Origin: Candidatus Tayloriibacteriota bacterium
GTDB lineage: Bacteria; Patescibacteriota; Minisyncoccia; Phycocordibacterales; CAIRYW01
Length of the DNA stretch: 64,000 nt
Direction: 5' to 3'
Assembly (NCBI GenBank): GCA_028286725.1
Contig: JAQBQZ010000013.1
Coordinates: forward strand, 15,216-79,215
Positions within the stretch are counted from its first letter, which is position 1, and every line of letters starts with the position of its first letter. The notes under the pieces were generated by a model. That model was given only the letters and a program-made list of their open reading frames with translations. It did no database searches and had not been told where the DNA came from. Shown here one piece after another: positions 48,601 to 58,078 of the stretch. Made by a program: the position numbers and the translations under genes.

Positions 48601-48932
48601 TCGAGCAAAAAAATATTGAAGCACTTCTATCAAAACTCACTATTGATATTAATCCGGCAAAACAACTCGTAGTGAATTCTGTTCCACTTGTTCTCAGTCG
48701 AAGTCTTGGATCGAAAGGTGAAGACGTGAGACAGATCCAAAAACTTTTAAATAGTCTAGGGTATACGATCTCAAATGTTGGAGCAGGTTCAATAGGTAAT
48801 GAGTCAACGACATTCGGTCCAAAGACAAAAATAGCTTTGGCCAGTTTCCAGAAGGCAAATAATATTTCACCTGCCGCGGGGTTCTTTGGCCCTTTGACCA
48901 AAGCAAGGATTGCAGCTATTTTAGGAAAGTGA
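45678..48932 (+). CDS. large secreted protein: trypsin-like protease + cadherin-like + delta-60 beta-propeller repeats + Ig-like + peptidoglycan-binding domain
   Basis: Signal peptide; AAHY/TDI/GDSG triad; ATDADSD; repeated RLN.DG.LDT.F; Gly linker; G.DV..+Q..L..FGPKT..A...FQ. Confidence 0.85.
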   Translation: MHNHHLRNILIIFIIFFCVNTASAHVTIPDGSTTSCGSLDSTNLTTHTTNQIESRISQTSSTTGLSMYSNRDFSLASTTAPWTPNPNSWTKKGASALDFTGVAGYNLYSSGTGIAPNRIATLISPRHFLAAAHYTPNPGEVLGFIDASGNRIERTVTGIQNIYGTDIEIGVLDSDLPDSITYYPLIASSTLRSLVQQYTPQNLAVPVVYFDQEAKALIHSIFSMGDAITYSTYTSGDFAPYSETIISGDSGNPEFILIDNHPVLLSATYGGGGGYAPSAGAYMSQINTAMTNLGGGYQVTQYNPACFIQYPFNRQPVFTSSPSSNIITYEHTDPSSALFTYLATDADSDQTLTYALVSLTTSTTTLNASDYFSINPATGVLHQTHDMSIGALGTNLTLVVSATDSGTYPSQATISNTVSLRSVPQAGPKIILDPSFTLATISGNTTSLFVDSNDKVLIGGSYTSVNGVNQNDIARLNSSGLLDMNFATNIGSGVLNYSDQNINVNRIFTDSQGKIVFIPGDYIKFSGVNGCNIGRLNSDGTLDTNFVCSNSNGGYGFTINGNSGANVYAATKAGDKLLVTGNFNNYNGTTVGGVALLNQDGSLDTNFNSNFGIGINGISLGGAGKAIAFDGDHSFYVGGTMSDYVNGSGATTTLHRIAKFDINGTFDSSFAVNNGTGFAFSNITDMKVRHDGKIVVIGFFTSFNGVPVTRIVLLNPDGTLDTSFATNSGAGFSQTPYSVYVQDDDKMIIGGAFSSYNNIGTNGLVRLNKDGTLDTDFQNAFGNGITGTVLQVSKRSDGALVTLGGFDYNSTLLNYNVGEFVTQTPATPVFTAATTVGSTNAVISGTGSSTAVVSVFDNGTLVATTTVDGSGFWQKTVSLYSGTHTLTAIQTLSLLTTVASSVSNSVIATINLSGSSGGGGGGGGGGGGSSAPVTTPVTNPTNPVTPNVPNILPTILPNTTLPKLDVLVNKSLPPIEQKNIEALLSKLTIDINPAKQLVVNSVPLVLSRSLGSKGEDVRQIQKLLNSLGYTISNVGAGSIGNESTTFGPKTKIALASFQKANNISPAAGFFGPLTKARIAAILGK

Positions 48933-49058
48933 TGTGTATAATAAAGTAAAGCACCGCGAAGCCTTAGGCTTCGCGGTGCTTTACTTTTGTTTAAAACCTT
49001 GTAATCTAACCCCCAGAACAAGCTCGCCAATGAGCTCAATCCACCTTAACAAACCCAA

Positions 49059-49481
49059 TTGGCTCGGGTTTCAGTCTACATCTCTATGATCCGTTCCTTC
49101 CGTCCCTTGCTAGATTTTGCCGTTGCTCATGTTGATGCCCCGCAGTTTTTCGCTGATTGGCTCGTCAGACATTTTAGCGCAATTATTACCACGCCTTGGA
49201 ATGGTAGGTATGTCACCGTCCATATTCCCGGTGTTCAAACTTACAAATTGAAGAGTGTGCCTATTATTGGCCGTCCTCCTGAAGAGTATGTCGCTATTCG
49301 AACCGACGTTCCGATCAGTCAGAGGCTGCTTCAAGAGCTTGAAGCAGCCCATGCTGTGGTCATCGGGGGTGAGGATCATTGGCGGCTACTTGATGTGAAA
49401 ACCGAACTTGGTAATTCTATCGGTTGCATCCATATTGCATATCGTGCGAATGGTCAACCGCTCGGGACTCCGGTTCTTTGA
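49059..49481 (+). CDS. hypothetical protein
   Basis: ORF between two terminators; start uncertain. Confidence 0.45.
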   Translation: MARVSVYISMIRSFRPLLDFAVAHVDAPQFFADWLVRHFSAIITTPWNGRYVTVHIPGVQTYKLKSVPIIGRPPEEYVAIRTDVPISQRLLQELEAAHAVVIGGEDHWRLLDVKTELGNSIGCIHIAYRANGQPLGTPVL

Positions 49482-49555
49482 ACTGTTCATTTTCTACCCA
49501 CACCGCCCTTGCTCATTCGCAAGGAGGTTTTTTATTTTTATGTTAAAATGCCTTT

Positions 49556-50824
49556 ATGCATACAAAAACAACACTTAAAAACGGACTTCGAGTTATTACG
49601 GTTCCACTTAAAAACACAGAGACAGTGACTGCGATGGTGCTTGTGTCTGCGGGTTCTGATTATGAAACAAAAGAGATCAACGGACTCTCACATTTCTTGG
49701 AGCATATGTGCTTTCAAGGTACAGCGAAGCGTCCAAATACTGGAGATGTTTCTCGAGAGCTTGATGAGCTCGGTGCACAATCGAACGCATTTACATCAAA
49801 AGAATACACAGGCTACTGGGCAAAAGCACACAGCAAGAATCTTCCAAAACTTATTGATATTATTTCTGACATTTATCAGAATCCAATCTTCACCGAAGAT
49901 GCGATTCAAAGAGAAAAGGGTGTTGTGATCGAAGAGATGAAAATGTATGAGGATTTGCCGCAAGCAAAAGTGGGAGAAGTATTTGAAGAACTCCTTTATG
50001 GTACAGATCAGCCAGCAGGATGGCCTATCATTGGACGAGAACAAATCGTTCGAAATCTCACGCAAAAGGATTTGATTGACTATCGTTCAAAGCATTATGT
50101 TGCGAAGGGGACAGTGGTAGTGGTTGCAGGAAAAATAAATGAAGCAAAGACAGTTCGAATGGTTACTGACGCGTTCAAAGATATTTCAAAAGCAAAGAAA
50201 GACAAAAAACAAAAGACTGTAGAGATGCAAAAAACTCCACAGATAAAAATCCATTACAAAGAAACAGATCAGGCACATATCATTATTGGGTTCCGAGCAT
50301 TTCCTTTGGGACACAAAGATCTTCATAAAGTGGGAATGCTTGAGAGTGTGCTCGGACATGGGATGAGTTCACGACTCTTTAGAAAAATGCGAGATGAGCT
50401 TGGACTTTGTTACTATGTGCGAGCAGGACACGATGCGTCACTTGATCGAGGATATTTTGCAATTGCATCAGGAGTATCAAAGGATCGAGTCAAAGAAGCG
50501 ATCGTTGCGATTCTTGCAGAGTGTAGAAAAATGAAGGAAGAGCTCGTAGGGGACACAGAACTCAAAAAGGCAAAAGAGCTTCGAACGAGCGGGCTTTATC
50601 TCGGTCTTGAAACATCAGATCAATATGCAGACTTCTATGCGTTTCCAGAACTCTTGGACCAAAAGACTCGAACTCCAGAACAAAAAGCAAAGATCATCGA
50701 GAGTGTAAAATCAAAAGACATAATGCAGGTGGCAAAAGAGATTTTCAAAAACGAAGGAATGAATCTCTCGATCGTTGGACCTTACAAAGATACTGCAGAA
50801 TTTGAAGAGATATTTAAAATATAA
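49556..50824 (+). CDS. M16 (pitrilysin) family zinc peptidase
   Basis: HFLEH inverted zinc motif, NAFT, SSRLF..+R...GL.Y. Confidence 0.95.
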   Translation: MHTKTTLKNGLRVITVPLKNTETVTAMVLVSAGSDYETKEINGLSHFLEHMCFQGTAKRPNTGDVSRELDELGAQSNAFTSKEYTGYWAKAHSKNLPKLIDIISDIYQNPIFTEDAIQREKGVVIEEMKMYEDLPQAKVGEVFEELLYGTDQPAGWPIIGREQIVRNLTQKDLIDYRSKHYVAKGTVVVVAGKINEAKTVRMVTDAFKDISKAKKDKKQKTVEMQKTPQIKIHYKETDQAHIIIGFRAFPLGHKDLHKVGMLESVLGHGMSSRLFRKMRDELGLCYYVRAGHDASLDRGYFAIASGVSKDRVKEAIVAILAECRKMKEELVGDTELKKAKELRTSGLYLGLETSDQYADFYAFPELLDQKTRTPEQKAKIIESVKSKDIMQVAKEIFKNEGMNLSIVGPYKDTAEFEEIFKI

Positions 50825-50832
50825 ATAACACT

Positions 50833-51222
50833 ATGGATGAAGCTGAAAAAAACAGATTAATTGAGCAGGCGGTTATCATTCCAGATGTGAAGAAAAAGAA
50901 AGTGGGAATACTTGGATATCACTTTACTCTTTTTTTGCTTTACACATTTCCTGCACTTGTGTTGTTTATTGTAGTTGACAGGATTAATGGTGTGTACGGA
51001 TGGAACCACAGCTTTAATTTTGCGGTTAGAAATTATTTTTCTATTGTACCACTTGTTTATTTGGGTCACCTTCTCTTAATTTTTGGACTTATGATTGCTT
51101 CCTTTTTAAAAAGGGAAAACCGAAAAGGTGTTGATTATTTATTTACTTTTTTGCTTCTGGCTATCTTTTATATCCCTGTTATGTTTATTGGCCTTCTCAG
51201 CGCTTGTTCGTCTGGTTGTTAA
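50833..51222 (+). CDS. hypothetical membrane protein
   Basis: Three TM segments. Confidence 0.6.
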   Translation: MDEAEKNRLIEQAVIIPDVKKKKVGILGYHFTLFLLYTFPALVLFIVVDRINGVYGWNHSFNFAVRNYFSIVPLVYLGHLLLIFGLMIASFLKRENRKGVDYLFTFLLLAIFYIPVMFIGLLSACSSGC

Positions 51223-51236
51223 ATATAAATATTAAA

Positions 51237-51656
51237 ATGAAATCAGAATTACCACCTTGTTGTTATAGAGTTAGTGTCAAAGCCTTGATTCTCGATGAGA
51301 CGAGAACAAAATTTTTGGTAACTCAAGGTGAGGGTGTGGGATGGGAATTGCCTGGAGGAGGATTGGAGCGAGGAGAGAAGCCGATTGATTGTTTGCTTCG
51401 AGAAATAAAAGAAGAGACAGCATTTAATGTGCTCTCTATTGATCCAAGACCTTCTTATTTTATAACTGCGCCTGCTAGAACTAAGGATTTTTATATTGTT
51501 AATGTATTTTATGAGGTAAAAATTGCCGATCTGAATTTCACTCCATCTGATGAATGTGTGGCGGTGAAGTTTATTTCATCAGAAGATGTCACCAACATGG
51601 ATGTTATGCCGACGGTCATTGAGTTTGTAAAAGTTTTTGACCCAAAGAATCATTAG
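51237..51656 (+). CDS. NUDIX hydrolase (start likely 51237)
   Basis: WELPGGGLERGE.....LLREIKEET Nudix box. Confidence 0.9.
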   Translation: MKSELPPCCYRVSVKALILDETRTKFLVTQGEGVGWELPGGGLERGEKPIDCLLREIKEETAFNVLSIDPRPSYFITAPARTKDFYIVNVFYEVKIADLNFTPSDECVAVKFISSEDVTNMDVMPTVIEFVKVFDPKNH

Positions 51657-51751
51657 AGCGGTTTATGGTTTGTAGTCATTAGTTTATAGCGAAATACACT
51701 ATAAACTATCAACTCTATACTACCGCCTGCATTTCGTGGTATTCTTATCTT

Positions 51752-52816
51752 ATGGGATTTGAGAACAAAACTATCGAAATATCAGCGGGAACAATCGTAA
51801 AAACAGGCATACTTTTGATCGTTTTTTGGATGGTCTACCTTCTTCGCGATTCTGTGCTTGCTGTTGTCGCAGCTATCGTCATCGCATCTGCGATCGATCC
51901 GGGAGTTAGATGGTTTGAGAAGCGAAAGGTTCCTCGAGTGGTGGGAGTTATCGCGATTTATCTCGCAGGATTTGCACTCGTTGGATTTATTCTTTTCTTC
52001 ATTATACCGACATTCCTTTCTGAAACATCAAACTTGGTTTCTAATATTCCTACCTACATTGATCAGATCAACAACGTGATTCCGCTTTTGGATCAGAGTA
52101 TTCTTGAAGGTTATTCACCGATTATAAAACAAGTTGCTGATACCATTTCACACGCAAGCTATGTTCAAAACTTGAGTGCTGGAGGGGTGACTGCGGCGAG
52201 TGTGCCGATTGACTCCGCAAGAGTGTTTCAAGGTATAATCAGTTTTATATTGATTGTTGTTTTGTCATTCTATTTTTCTGTAACAAAAGACGGTATTACT
52301 CATTTTCTTCGAATCGTCACTCCAATCAAAAGCGAGGACTATGTTATTAGCCTTTGGACTCGAACAAAGAACAAGATCGGTGCGTGGATGCAAGGCCAGA
52401 TATTTCTTGGTGCGCTCGTGGGTTCAATTATCTTCATGCTTCTTTCTGTACTTCATGTGAAGCATGCGCTTCCTTTAGGATTTCTTGCTGGTGTGCTTGA
52501 GATCATTCCAGTATTCGGACCGACTTTAGCTGCTGTTCCTGCAGTGATGTTTGCACTTCTTGATGGGGGAGCTGGACTTGGGTTCGCTGTGCTTTTGGTC
52601 TATGTCATCGTTCAACAATTTGAAAACCATATCTTCTACCCGCTCGTGGTTCGGAAGATGGTGGGCATTCCTCCAATCCTTGTGATCATCTCCCTTGTGG
52701 TTGGATATGAGCTTGCAGGATTCCTCGGGATACTTCTTTCAGTGCCTCTCTCGGTACTCTTGGTTGAAGTTGTTGAAGATCTCGATAAGAAAAAGACTCT
52801 CGAAAAATCACGATAA
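51752..52816 (+). CDS. AI-2E family transporter
   Basis: P.V.W+E...VPR, IPVFGP, QQFENH..YP. Confidence 0.92.
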   Translation: MGFENKTIEISAGTIVKTGILLIVFWMVYLLRDSVLAVVAAIVIASAIDPGVRWFEKRKVPRVVGVIAIYLAGFALVGFILFFIIPTFLSETSNLVSNIPTYIDQINNVIPLLDQSILEGYSPIIKQVADTISHASYVQNLSAGGVTAASVPIDSARVFQGIISFILIVVLSFYFSVTKDGITHFLRIVTPIKSEDYVISLWTRTKNKIGAWMQGQIFLGALVGSIIFMLLSVLHVKHALPLGFLAGVLEIIPVFGPTLAAVPAVMFALLDGGAGLGFAVLLVYVIVQQFENHIFYPLVVRKMVGIPPILVIISLVVGYELAGFLGILLSVPLSVLLVEVVEDLDKKKTLEKSR

Positions 52817-52819
52817 CCT

Positions 52820-54256
52820 ATGTCTAAGAATTTTTACATTACAACAACTCTGCCGTATGTTAATAATGATCCTCATATCGGATTTGCGATGGAGATCGTG
52901 CGTGCAGATGCGATCACTCGAGCAAAAAAACTTCAAGGATTTGAAGTGTTCTTTAATACTGGTACTGATGAGCACGGTCAGAAACTTTTAACTGATGCAA
53001 CAAACGCGGGGAAGGATGTCAAAGCGTACGTAGATGAATATGCGGCAAAGTTCAAAGGCCTCAAAGAACTTTTGAATATTGTAGATGATGTACATTTCAT
53101 TCGAACAACTGATGAGCATCATGTGAAAGCTGCCCAAAAGTTTTGGGAGATCTGCAATGCAAACGGATATATCTATAAGAAAAACTATCAGAGCAAATAC
53201 TGTGTGGGTTGTGAGCTCGAAAAAACTGACAGTGAGCTTGTGGATGGAAAGTGTCCGATCCATCCCAACAAAGAGATCGAGCTTCGTGATGAAGAGAATT
53301 ACTTTTTCAAATTCTCTGCATTTGGAGACAAGCTCTTGAAACTCTATGAAGAAAATCCATCGCTTGTTATTCCAGATTTCAGATTTAATGAAATAAAGAG
53401 TTTTGTAAAAAATGGCTTGGAAGATTTTAGTATTTCTCGTCTTAAGAGCAAAATGTCTTGGGGTGTGCCTGTGCCAGGGGATGATGATCATATTATGTAT
53501 GTGTGGTTTGATGCGCTCGTGAACTACATCTCGACTTTGGGATGGCCGGAAGATACTGCAAATTTTGAAAAGTTTTGGGCAGAAGGTGCACCTGTACAGT
53601 ATTGCGGAAAAGATAATCTCCGTCAGCAATCTGCGATGTGGCAGGCGATGCTTATTGCAGCAGGACTTCCACCAACAAAGAATATTATTATCAATGGATT
53701 TATAACAGGTGATGGAGGGATCAAAATGTCAAAGTCTCTCGGTAATGCGGTGAACCCGTATGATCTTGTGGCTGAATACGGCACTGATGCACTTCGGTAT
53801 TTCGTACTTCGGGAGCTGTCGCCATTTGAAGACAGTCCATTTACACCTGAGAGATTCAAAGAAACGTATAACGCTAACCTTGCTAATGGTATTGGCAATC
53901 TCACAAGTAGAATTATGAAGATGGCACAAGACAATTTAAGTGAATCTGTGGAGCTTTCAGAATGGGAAGATATGACTGAATACTATAAGTTTTTTGAAAC
54001 ATTTGAAATAAACAAAGCAATGGATTATATCTGGGCAAAGATTGCAGAACTCGATACAATAATTCAACAATCAGAACCATTCAAACTCGTAAAAACAGAC
54101 AAAGAAAAAGGGGTAGAAGTAATCAAGAGTTTAGTTGTAAAACTCTATAGCATAAGACGAATGCTTACGCCTGTAATGCCTGAAACTTCAGCAAAAATAA
54201 AGGAATGCATTAAGGCAAACAAATCCCCAGAAGCTCCAATATTCCTTCGTAAATAA
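52820..54256 (+). CDS. metG: methionine--tRNA ligase (short form)
   Basis: YITTTLPYVN..PHIG, GTDEHG, YVWFDAL, KMSKS. Confidence 0.97.
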   Translation: MSKNFYITTTLPYVNNDPHIGFAMEIVRADAITRAKKLQGFEVFFNTGTDEHGQKLLTDATNAGKDVKAYVDEYAAKFKGLKELLNIVDDVHFIRTTDEHHVKAAQKFWEICNANGYIYKKNYQSKYCVGCELEKTDSELVDGKCPIHPNKEIELRDEENYFFKFSAFGDKLLKLYEENPSLVIPDFRFNEIKSFVKNGLEDFSISRLKSKMSWGVPVPGDDDHIMYVWFDALVNYISTLGWPEDTANFEKFWAEGAPVQYCGKDNLRQQSAMWQAMLIAAGLPPTKNIIINGFITGDGGIKMSKSLGNAVNPYDLVAEYGTDALRYFVLRELSPFEDSPFTPERFKETYNANLANGIGNLTSRIMKMAQDNLSESVELSEWEDMTEYYKFFETFEINKAMDYIWAKIAELDTIIQQSEPFKLVKTDKEKGVEVIKSLVVKLYSIRRMLTPVMPETSAKIKECIKANKSPEAPIFLRK

Positions 54257-54263
54257 TTTATCC

Positions 54264-54731
54264 ATGAATCAAATCGATAACATAAATCAAAATCTAAAGT
54301 TGCACTCGCGAGTATTTACAATGTTTGTGCGTACACAAGATGTGAACTTCTGGATCCTTTTTGCATTCATTCCGACATTCATTGGTGCGCGGCTTTTGGT
54401 GTATCATTTCCCAAATCTTTTTTTGCTTGTGCGAGGCGTCCATGTACACCATCTGACATACGGCATATTCCTTCTTGCGATTGCGGGAATTCTTGCAATT
54501 AATTTCACTATGCAAAGACATAAGGTAGTTGCAGCGCTCATCTATGGAATTGGACTCGCACTTTCGTTTGATGAATTTGGCATGTGGCTTCATCTTCAGG
54601 ATAACTATTGGATCCGACAGTCGTACGATGCGATTATTATGATCTCTGCGATTCTTTTTGGTCTTGTGTACCTTCCTTCGATTGTGAAAAGTATTGCTGG
54701 TCTTTATAAACATATACTAGAGAAAAAATAA
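54264..54731 (+). CDS. conserved membrane protein
   Basis: HVHHL.YG, G.AL.FDEF.MWL.L...YW...SYDA. Confidence 0.75.
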   Translation: MNQIDNINQNLKLHSRVFTMFVRTQDVNFWILFAFIPTFIGARLLVYHFPNLFLLVRGVHVHHLTYGIFLLAIAGILAINFTMQRHKVVAALIYGIGLALSFDEFGMWLHLQDNYWIRQSYDAIIMISAILFGLVYLPSIVKSIAGLYKHILEKK

Positions 54732-54732
54732 G

Positions 54733-55575
54733 ATGAGTGATTTTAAATATATAGACAACCATTCTCATCTAAATCTAAATGCATTCAAGGATGATTATAA
54801 AAAGGTGATACAGAGGGCAACGGATGCTGGCGTCAAAATCATTAATGTAGGTACTCAACGAGATACCTCAAAGCGAGCAGTAGAGATTGGAGATGAGTGC
54901 GGCTGCTTTGCGATAGTTGGTCTTCATCCTGTGCATACGAGCAAGTCCTACCATGATATTCAGGAGTTAGGTGAAGGTGGCGAGGAATTCACATCTCGCG
55001 GAGAAGTGTTTGATTATGAATATTACAAATCACTTGCTGTGAATCCAAAGGTGGTAGGGATAGGTGAGTGCGGTCTTGATTATTTTCGGACAGAAGTGAA
55101 TACAAAAGAGATCCAAATGAAGGCTTTTGAAGAGCAGATCAAGCTTGCGATTGAAGTAGATAAGCCTTTAATGCTTCATATACGTGATAATGGAAAAGTA
55201 GAAGCATATCAGGATGTAATAGATATACTCAAAAAATATAAAGCGTCACATCCGAATCTTCGGGGAGATGTACATTTCTTTGCGGGCAACATAGATATCG
55301 TTAATCAATTTCTTGAACTTGGATTTACTTTTTCTTTCACAGGTGCAATCACATATGGCAAAAATTATGATGAAGTTATAAGACATATTCCACTTGATAG
55401 GATTCTCTCAGAGACAGATTGTCCGTTTGTGGCCCCCGTACCATATAGAGGAAAGCGCAATGAGCCTGCCTATGTAGTAGAAGTGGTTAAAAAGATTGCT
55501 GAAATAAAAGGGTTGCCTGTGGATGAGGTTGCTCCACAACTTCTAGAAAACTCAAAAAAACTCTTCAAGATATAA
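54733..55575 (+). CDS. tatD: TatD family DNase
   Basis: D.H.H, GLHP, GECGLDY, ETDCP, RNEP. Confidence 0.95.
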   Translation: MSDFKYIDNHSHLNLNAFKDDYKKVIQRATDAGVKIINVGTQRDTSKRAVEIGDECGCFAIVGLHPVHTSKSYHDIQELGEGGEEFTSRGEVFDYEYYKSLAVNPKVVGIGECGLDYFRTEVNTKEIQMKAFEEQIKLAIEVDKPLMLHIRDNGKVEAYQDVIDILKKYKASHPNLRGDVHFFAGNIDIVNQFLELGFTFSFTGAITYGKNYDEVIRHIPLDRILSETDCPFVAPVPYRGKRNEPAYVVEVVKKIAEIKGLPVDEVAPQLLENSKKLFKI

Positions 55576-55727
55576 AATTCAAAGGTATTGATTTTCCATG
55601 TTTCCGTAGTATAGTTCAGATATCTCAAGTTCTTTGAAGTGATTCATTTATAGAGGGACAATTTTCTGCTCAATCTTTGAGTGAAGAATTGTCTCTCTAT
55701 AAAACCAAAGGGGGAAACTCTAGCATT

Positions 55728-55982
55728 ATGAACCGCAAAAACGTCCGTATCTTTTTGAAAAAAAATCTCATCTACACTCTCTGGTTGGCATTGGGGATTA
55801 GCATAGGCTTCGCCGTTGTCTTTTTTGAGGGTCCTCTTCAGGTTGTCTATGGAATCTGTCTGACTCATCAGTACACTGAGTACCTCTGGGCTTTTGTCGT
55901 GCATCTGGGGGTAAGCATTTATATGATTGGTCTTTGCACTTTTGGTGCCCACGAGGTCGCTCGTGGCAGAGCGGTCTTTTAA
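55728..55982 (+). CDS. small membrane protein (start likely 55728)
   Basis: Two TM segments; G-rich SD upstream; terminator at ~56000-56033. Confidence 0.45.
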   Translation: MNRKNVRIFLKKNLIYTLWLALGISIGFAVVFFEGPLQVVYGICLTHQYTEYLWAFVVHLGVSIYMIGLCTFGAHEVARGRAVF

Positions 55983-56196
55983 AGCTCGACCTAAATCATT
56001 GTCGTCACCCTGCAATTGGGGTGGCGACTTTTTATATTGATTTACCTACAATTTTGTGTTATTCTCTCTAAATCCCTTATTTAGGGCGATTTTTATTCCA
56101 ACGAGCGAGGAGCAGGTGGATGAGTACTCTCATACACATTGTCCGAGTCGATGTTGGAGCAATCGGTATTACGATTATTATTAAATATATAAACAT

Positions 56197-56670
56197 ATGA
56201 CAAAAGAGTCATCCAAGGACAATACAAAGGTCTACGAAGTAGGCTTTCACATTGCTCCGTTTGTGGGCGAGGAAAATATTGCTCACGAGGTCTCTCATAT
56301 CAAAGATGTTCTCGATTCAATGAGAGCAGAAGTGATAAGTGAAGACTTTCCAAGGTTGCGGGCTTTAGCGTACCCAATCGCTAAGATTATCAAAGGAGAC
56401 AAGAAGATCTCAACAGAAGCATATTTCGGATGGGTTAAATTCGAACTAGCTACTGACAAGATCGAGGCTTTCAAGAAAGAAATCGAAAAGCTCGATAATG
56501 TGATTAGGTTTCTTGTTATCACTACTGTTAAAGAGAATACTCTTTACGGCGCTAAATTTGTCCAGGACAAAGAAGCAAAGAGAGTAGAGAAGACAGAAAA
56601 GAAGTCTGAAGTAAAAGAAGAAGTGAACGAGGCAGAACTCGACAAATCGATTGAAAATTTGGTGGTATAA
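56197..56670 (+). CDS. rpsF: 30S ribosomal protein S6
   Basis: YE, LAYPI.K, AYFGW, VIRFL; rpsF-ssb-rpsR synteny. Confidence 0.92.
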   Translation: MTKESSKDNTKVYEVGFHIAPFVGEENIAHEVSHIKDVLDSMRAEVISEDFPRLRALAYPIAKIIKGDKKISTEAYFGWVKFELATDKIEAFKKEIEKLDNVIRFLVITTVKENTLYGAKFVQDKEAKRVEKTEKKSEVKEEVNEAELDKSIENLVV

Positions 56671-56739
56671 TTAGGAAGTATAAAGTGGTTCAGGGTTCGT
56701 CCTTGATTCTTTCAACTTACTAACTAAACACATCAAACT

Positions 56740-57210
56740 ATGTATCTAAACAAAGCAATGCTTTACGGGAACCTTACAAAGGATCCTGAAATAAAAGCTC
56801 TTCCATCAGGTATTAAGGTTGCATCATTTGGTCTTGCAACAAACCGTTCTTACAAAGATAAAAATGGTGTAAAACAAGAGGCGACTGAGTATCACAATAT
56901 TGTTTCTTTCGGAAAGCCAGCAGAACTCATCTCACAGTATATGAAAAAGGGTAATCCTATTTTTGTAGAAGGAAGAATCCAGACACGAAGCTGGGATGAC
57001 AAAGATGGAAGTAAGAAATACCGAACAGAAATAATCGTTGAGAACTTCCAGTTCGGACCAAAGGCGATGGGTGGAGGTGGATCATACACACCTTCAGCTC
57101 CAAAAGCAGAAGAAAGTACAGGTCCAAGACACTCAACTCCAGCAGATGATATAGGATCAGAAATCCAATATCCAAATGAGGAGATTAATATAGAAGATAT
57201 TCCATTCTAG
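56740..57210 (+). CDS. ssb: single-stranded DNA-binding protein
   Basis: LNKA.L.GNLTKDPE, EGR+QTRSW, C-terminal DIPF. Confidence 0.98.
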   Translation: MYLNKAMLYGNLTKDPEIKALPSGIKVASFGLATNRSYKDKNGVKQEATEYHNIVSFGKPAELISQYMKKGNPIFVEGRIQTRSWDDKDGSKKYRTEIIVENFQFGPKAMGGGGSYTPSAPKAEESTGPRHSTPADDIGSEIQYPNEEINIEDIPF

Positions 57211-57266
57211 AATTATAACAGTAGTGTAACCCCTAAGGGTGCAAATTAAAAAATTAAATTATTATT

Positions 57267-57479
57267 ATGTCAGTCAATTCAAAACAGTGCTTTTTTAAGC
57301 AAAACCAAATCAATCATATTGATTACAAGGATATCGAAATCCTTAAGAGATTTATAAATCCGCACGGACGAATCCTAAGCAGCAAGAAAACTGGTGTTTG
57401 CGCAAAGAACCAGCGAAAGCTCGCTAACGCGATCAAGCTTGCTCGATTTATGTCTCTCATGCCGTACGTAGCTAGATAA
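57267..57479 (+). CDS. rpsR: 30S ribosomal protein S18
   Basis: IDYKD..L..FI...G+I......G..AK.QR.LA.AIK.AR...L+PY. Confidence 0.97.
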   Translation: MSVNSKQCFFKQNQINHIDYKDIEILKRFINPHGRILSSKKTGVCAKNQRKLANAIKLARFMSLMPYVAR

Positions 57480-57517
57480 TTCTAGAGTTACCTTTATTCA
57501 ATATTTGTTAAACTACG

Positions 57518-58078
57518 ATGTTAGAATATAACGAAATTAAAGAAAGAAAGTGTATTATTTTCGATAACGAACCTTACGAAGTGTTGTCTTCTCACGTGTT
57601 TCGAAAGCAAATGCGAAAGCCAGTGAATGCAACAAAGCTCCGGAATGTTATCACAGGACGAGTGATTGAACACTCATTCAGTGCTCAGGACAAAGCAGAA
57701 GAGGCAGAGATCGAGAAAAAGCAGGTTAAGTTCCTCTACACAGCTAAAGGTGAATGGTGGTTCTGCGATGTTGAGAATCCTGCAAACAGATTTAAGCTTT
57801 CTGAGACAGTGCTTGGTGAAGCTCGAAAGTTCATCAAAACAAACGCGGTCATCGAATCAAAAGTATTTGAAGAAAATGTTTTTGGTATCGATATGCCGAT
57901 CAAAGTAGAACTCAAAGTAACAGAAGCTCCGCCAGCAGTAAGAGGCGACACAGCGAAGGGCGGTAACAAAATCATCACACTTGAGACTGGGGCAACTTTG
58001 AACGCTCCAATGTTCATAAACGAAGGAGATGTTATCAGAGTAAATACTGAGACAGGAGAATACGTAGAAAGAGTCTAA
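57518..58078 (+). CDS. efp: elongation factor P
   Basis: TKLRN+.TG, PPAVRGDTA, LETG...AP.FI..GD.+.V.T..G.Y..R. Confidence 0.93.
   Translation: MLEYNEIKERKCIIFDNEPYEVLSSHVFRKQMRKPVNATKLRNVITGRVIEHSFSAQDKAEEAEIEKKQVKFLYTAKGEWWFCDVENPANRFKLSETVLGEARKFIKTNAVIESKVFEENVFGIDMPIKVELKVTEAPPAVRGDTAKGGNKIITLETGATLNAPMFINEGDVIRVNTETGEYVERV

Noticed and set aside
48314-49039. 241-aa poly-Pro minus-strand ORF
   Set aside because: Antisense of the Gly linker and PG-binding region of the real + strand gene.
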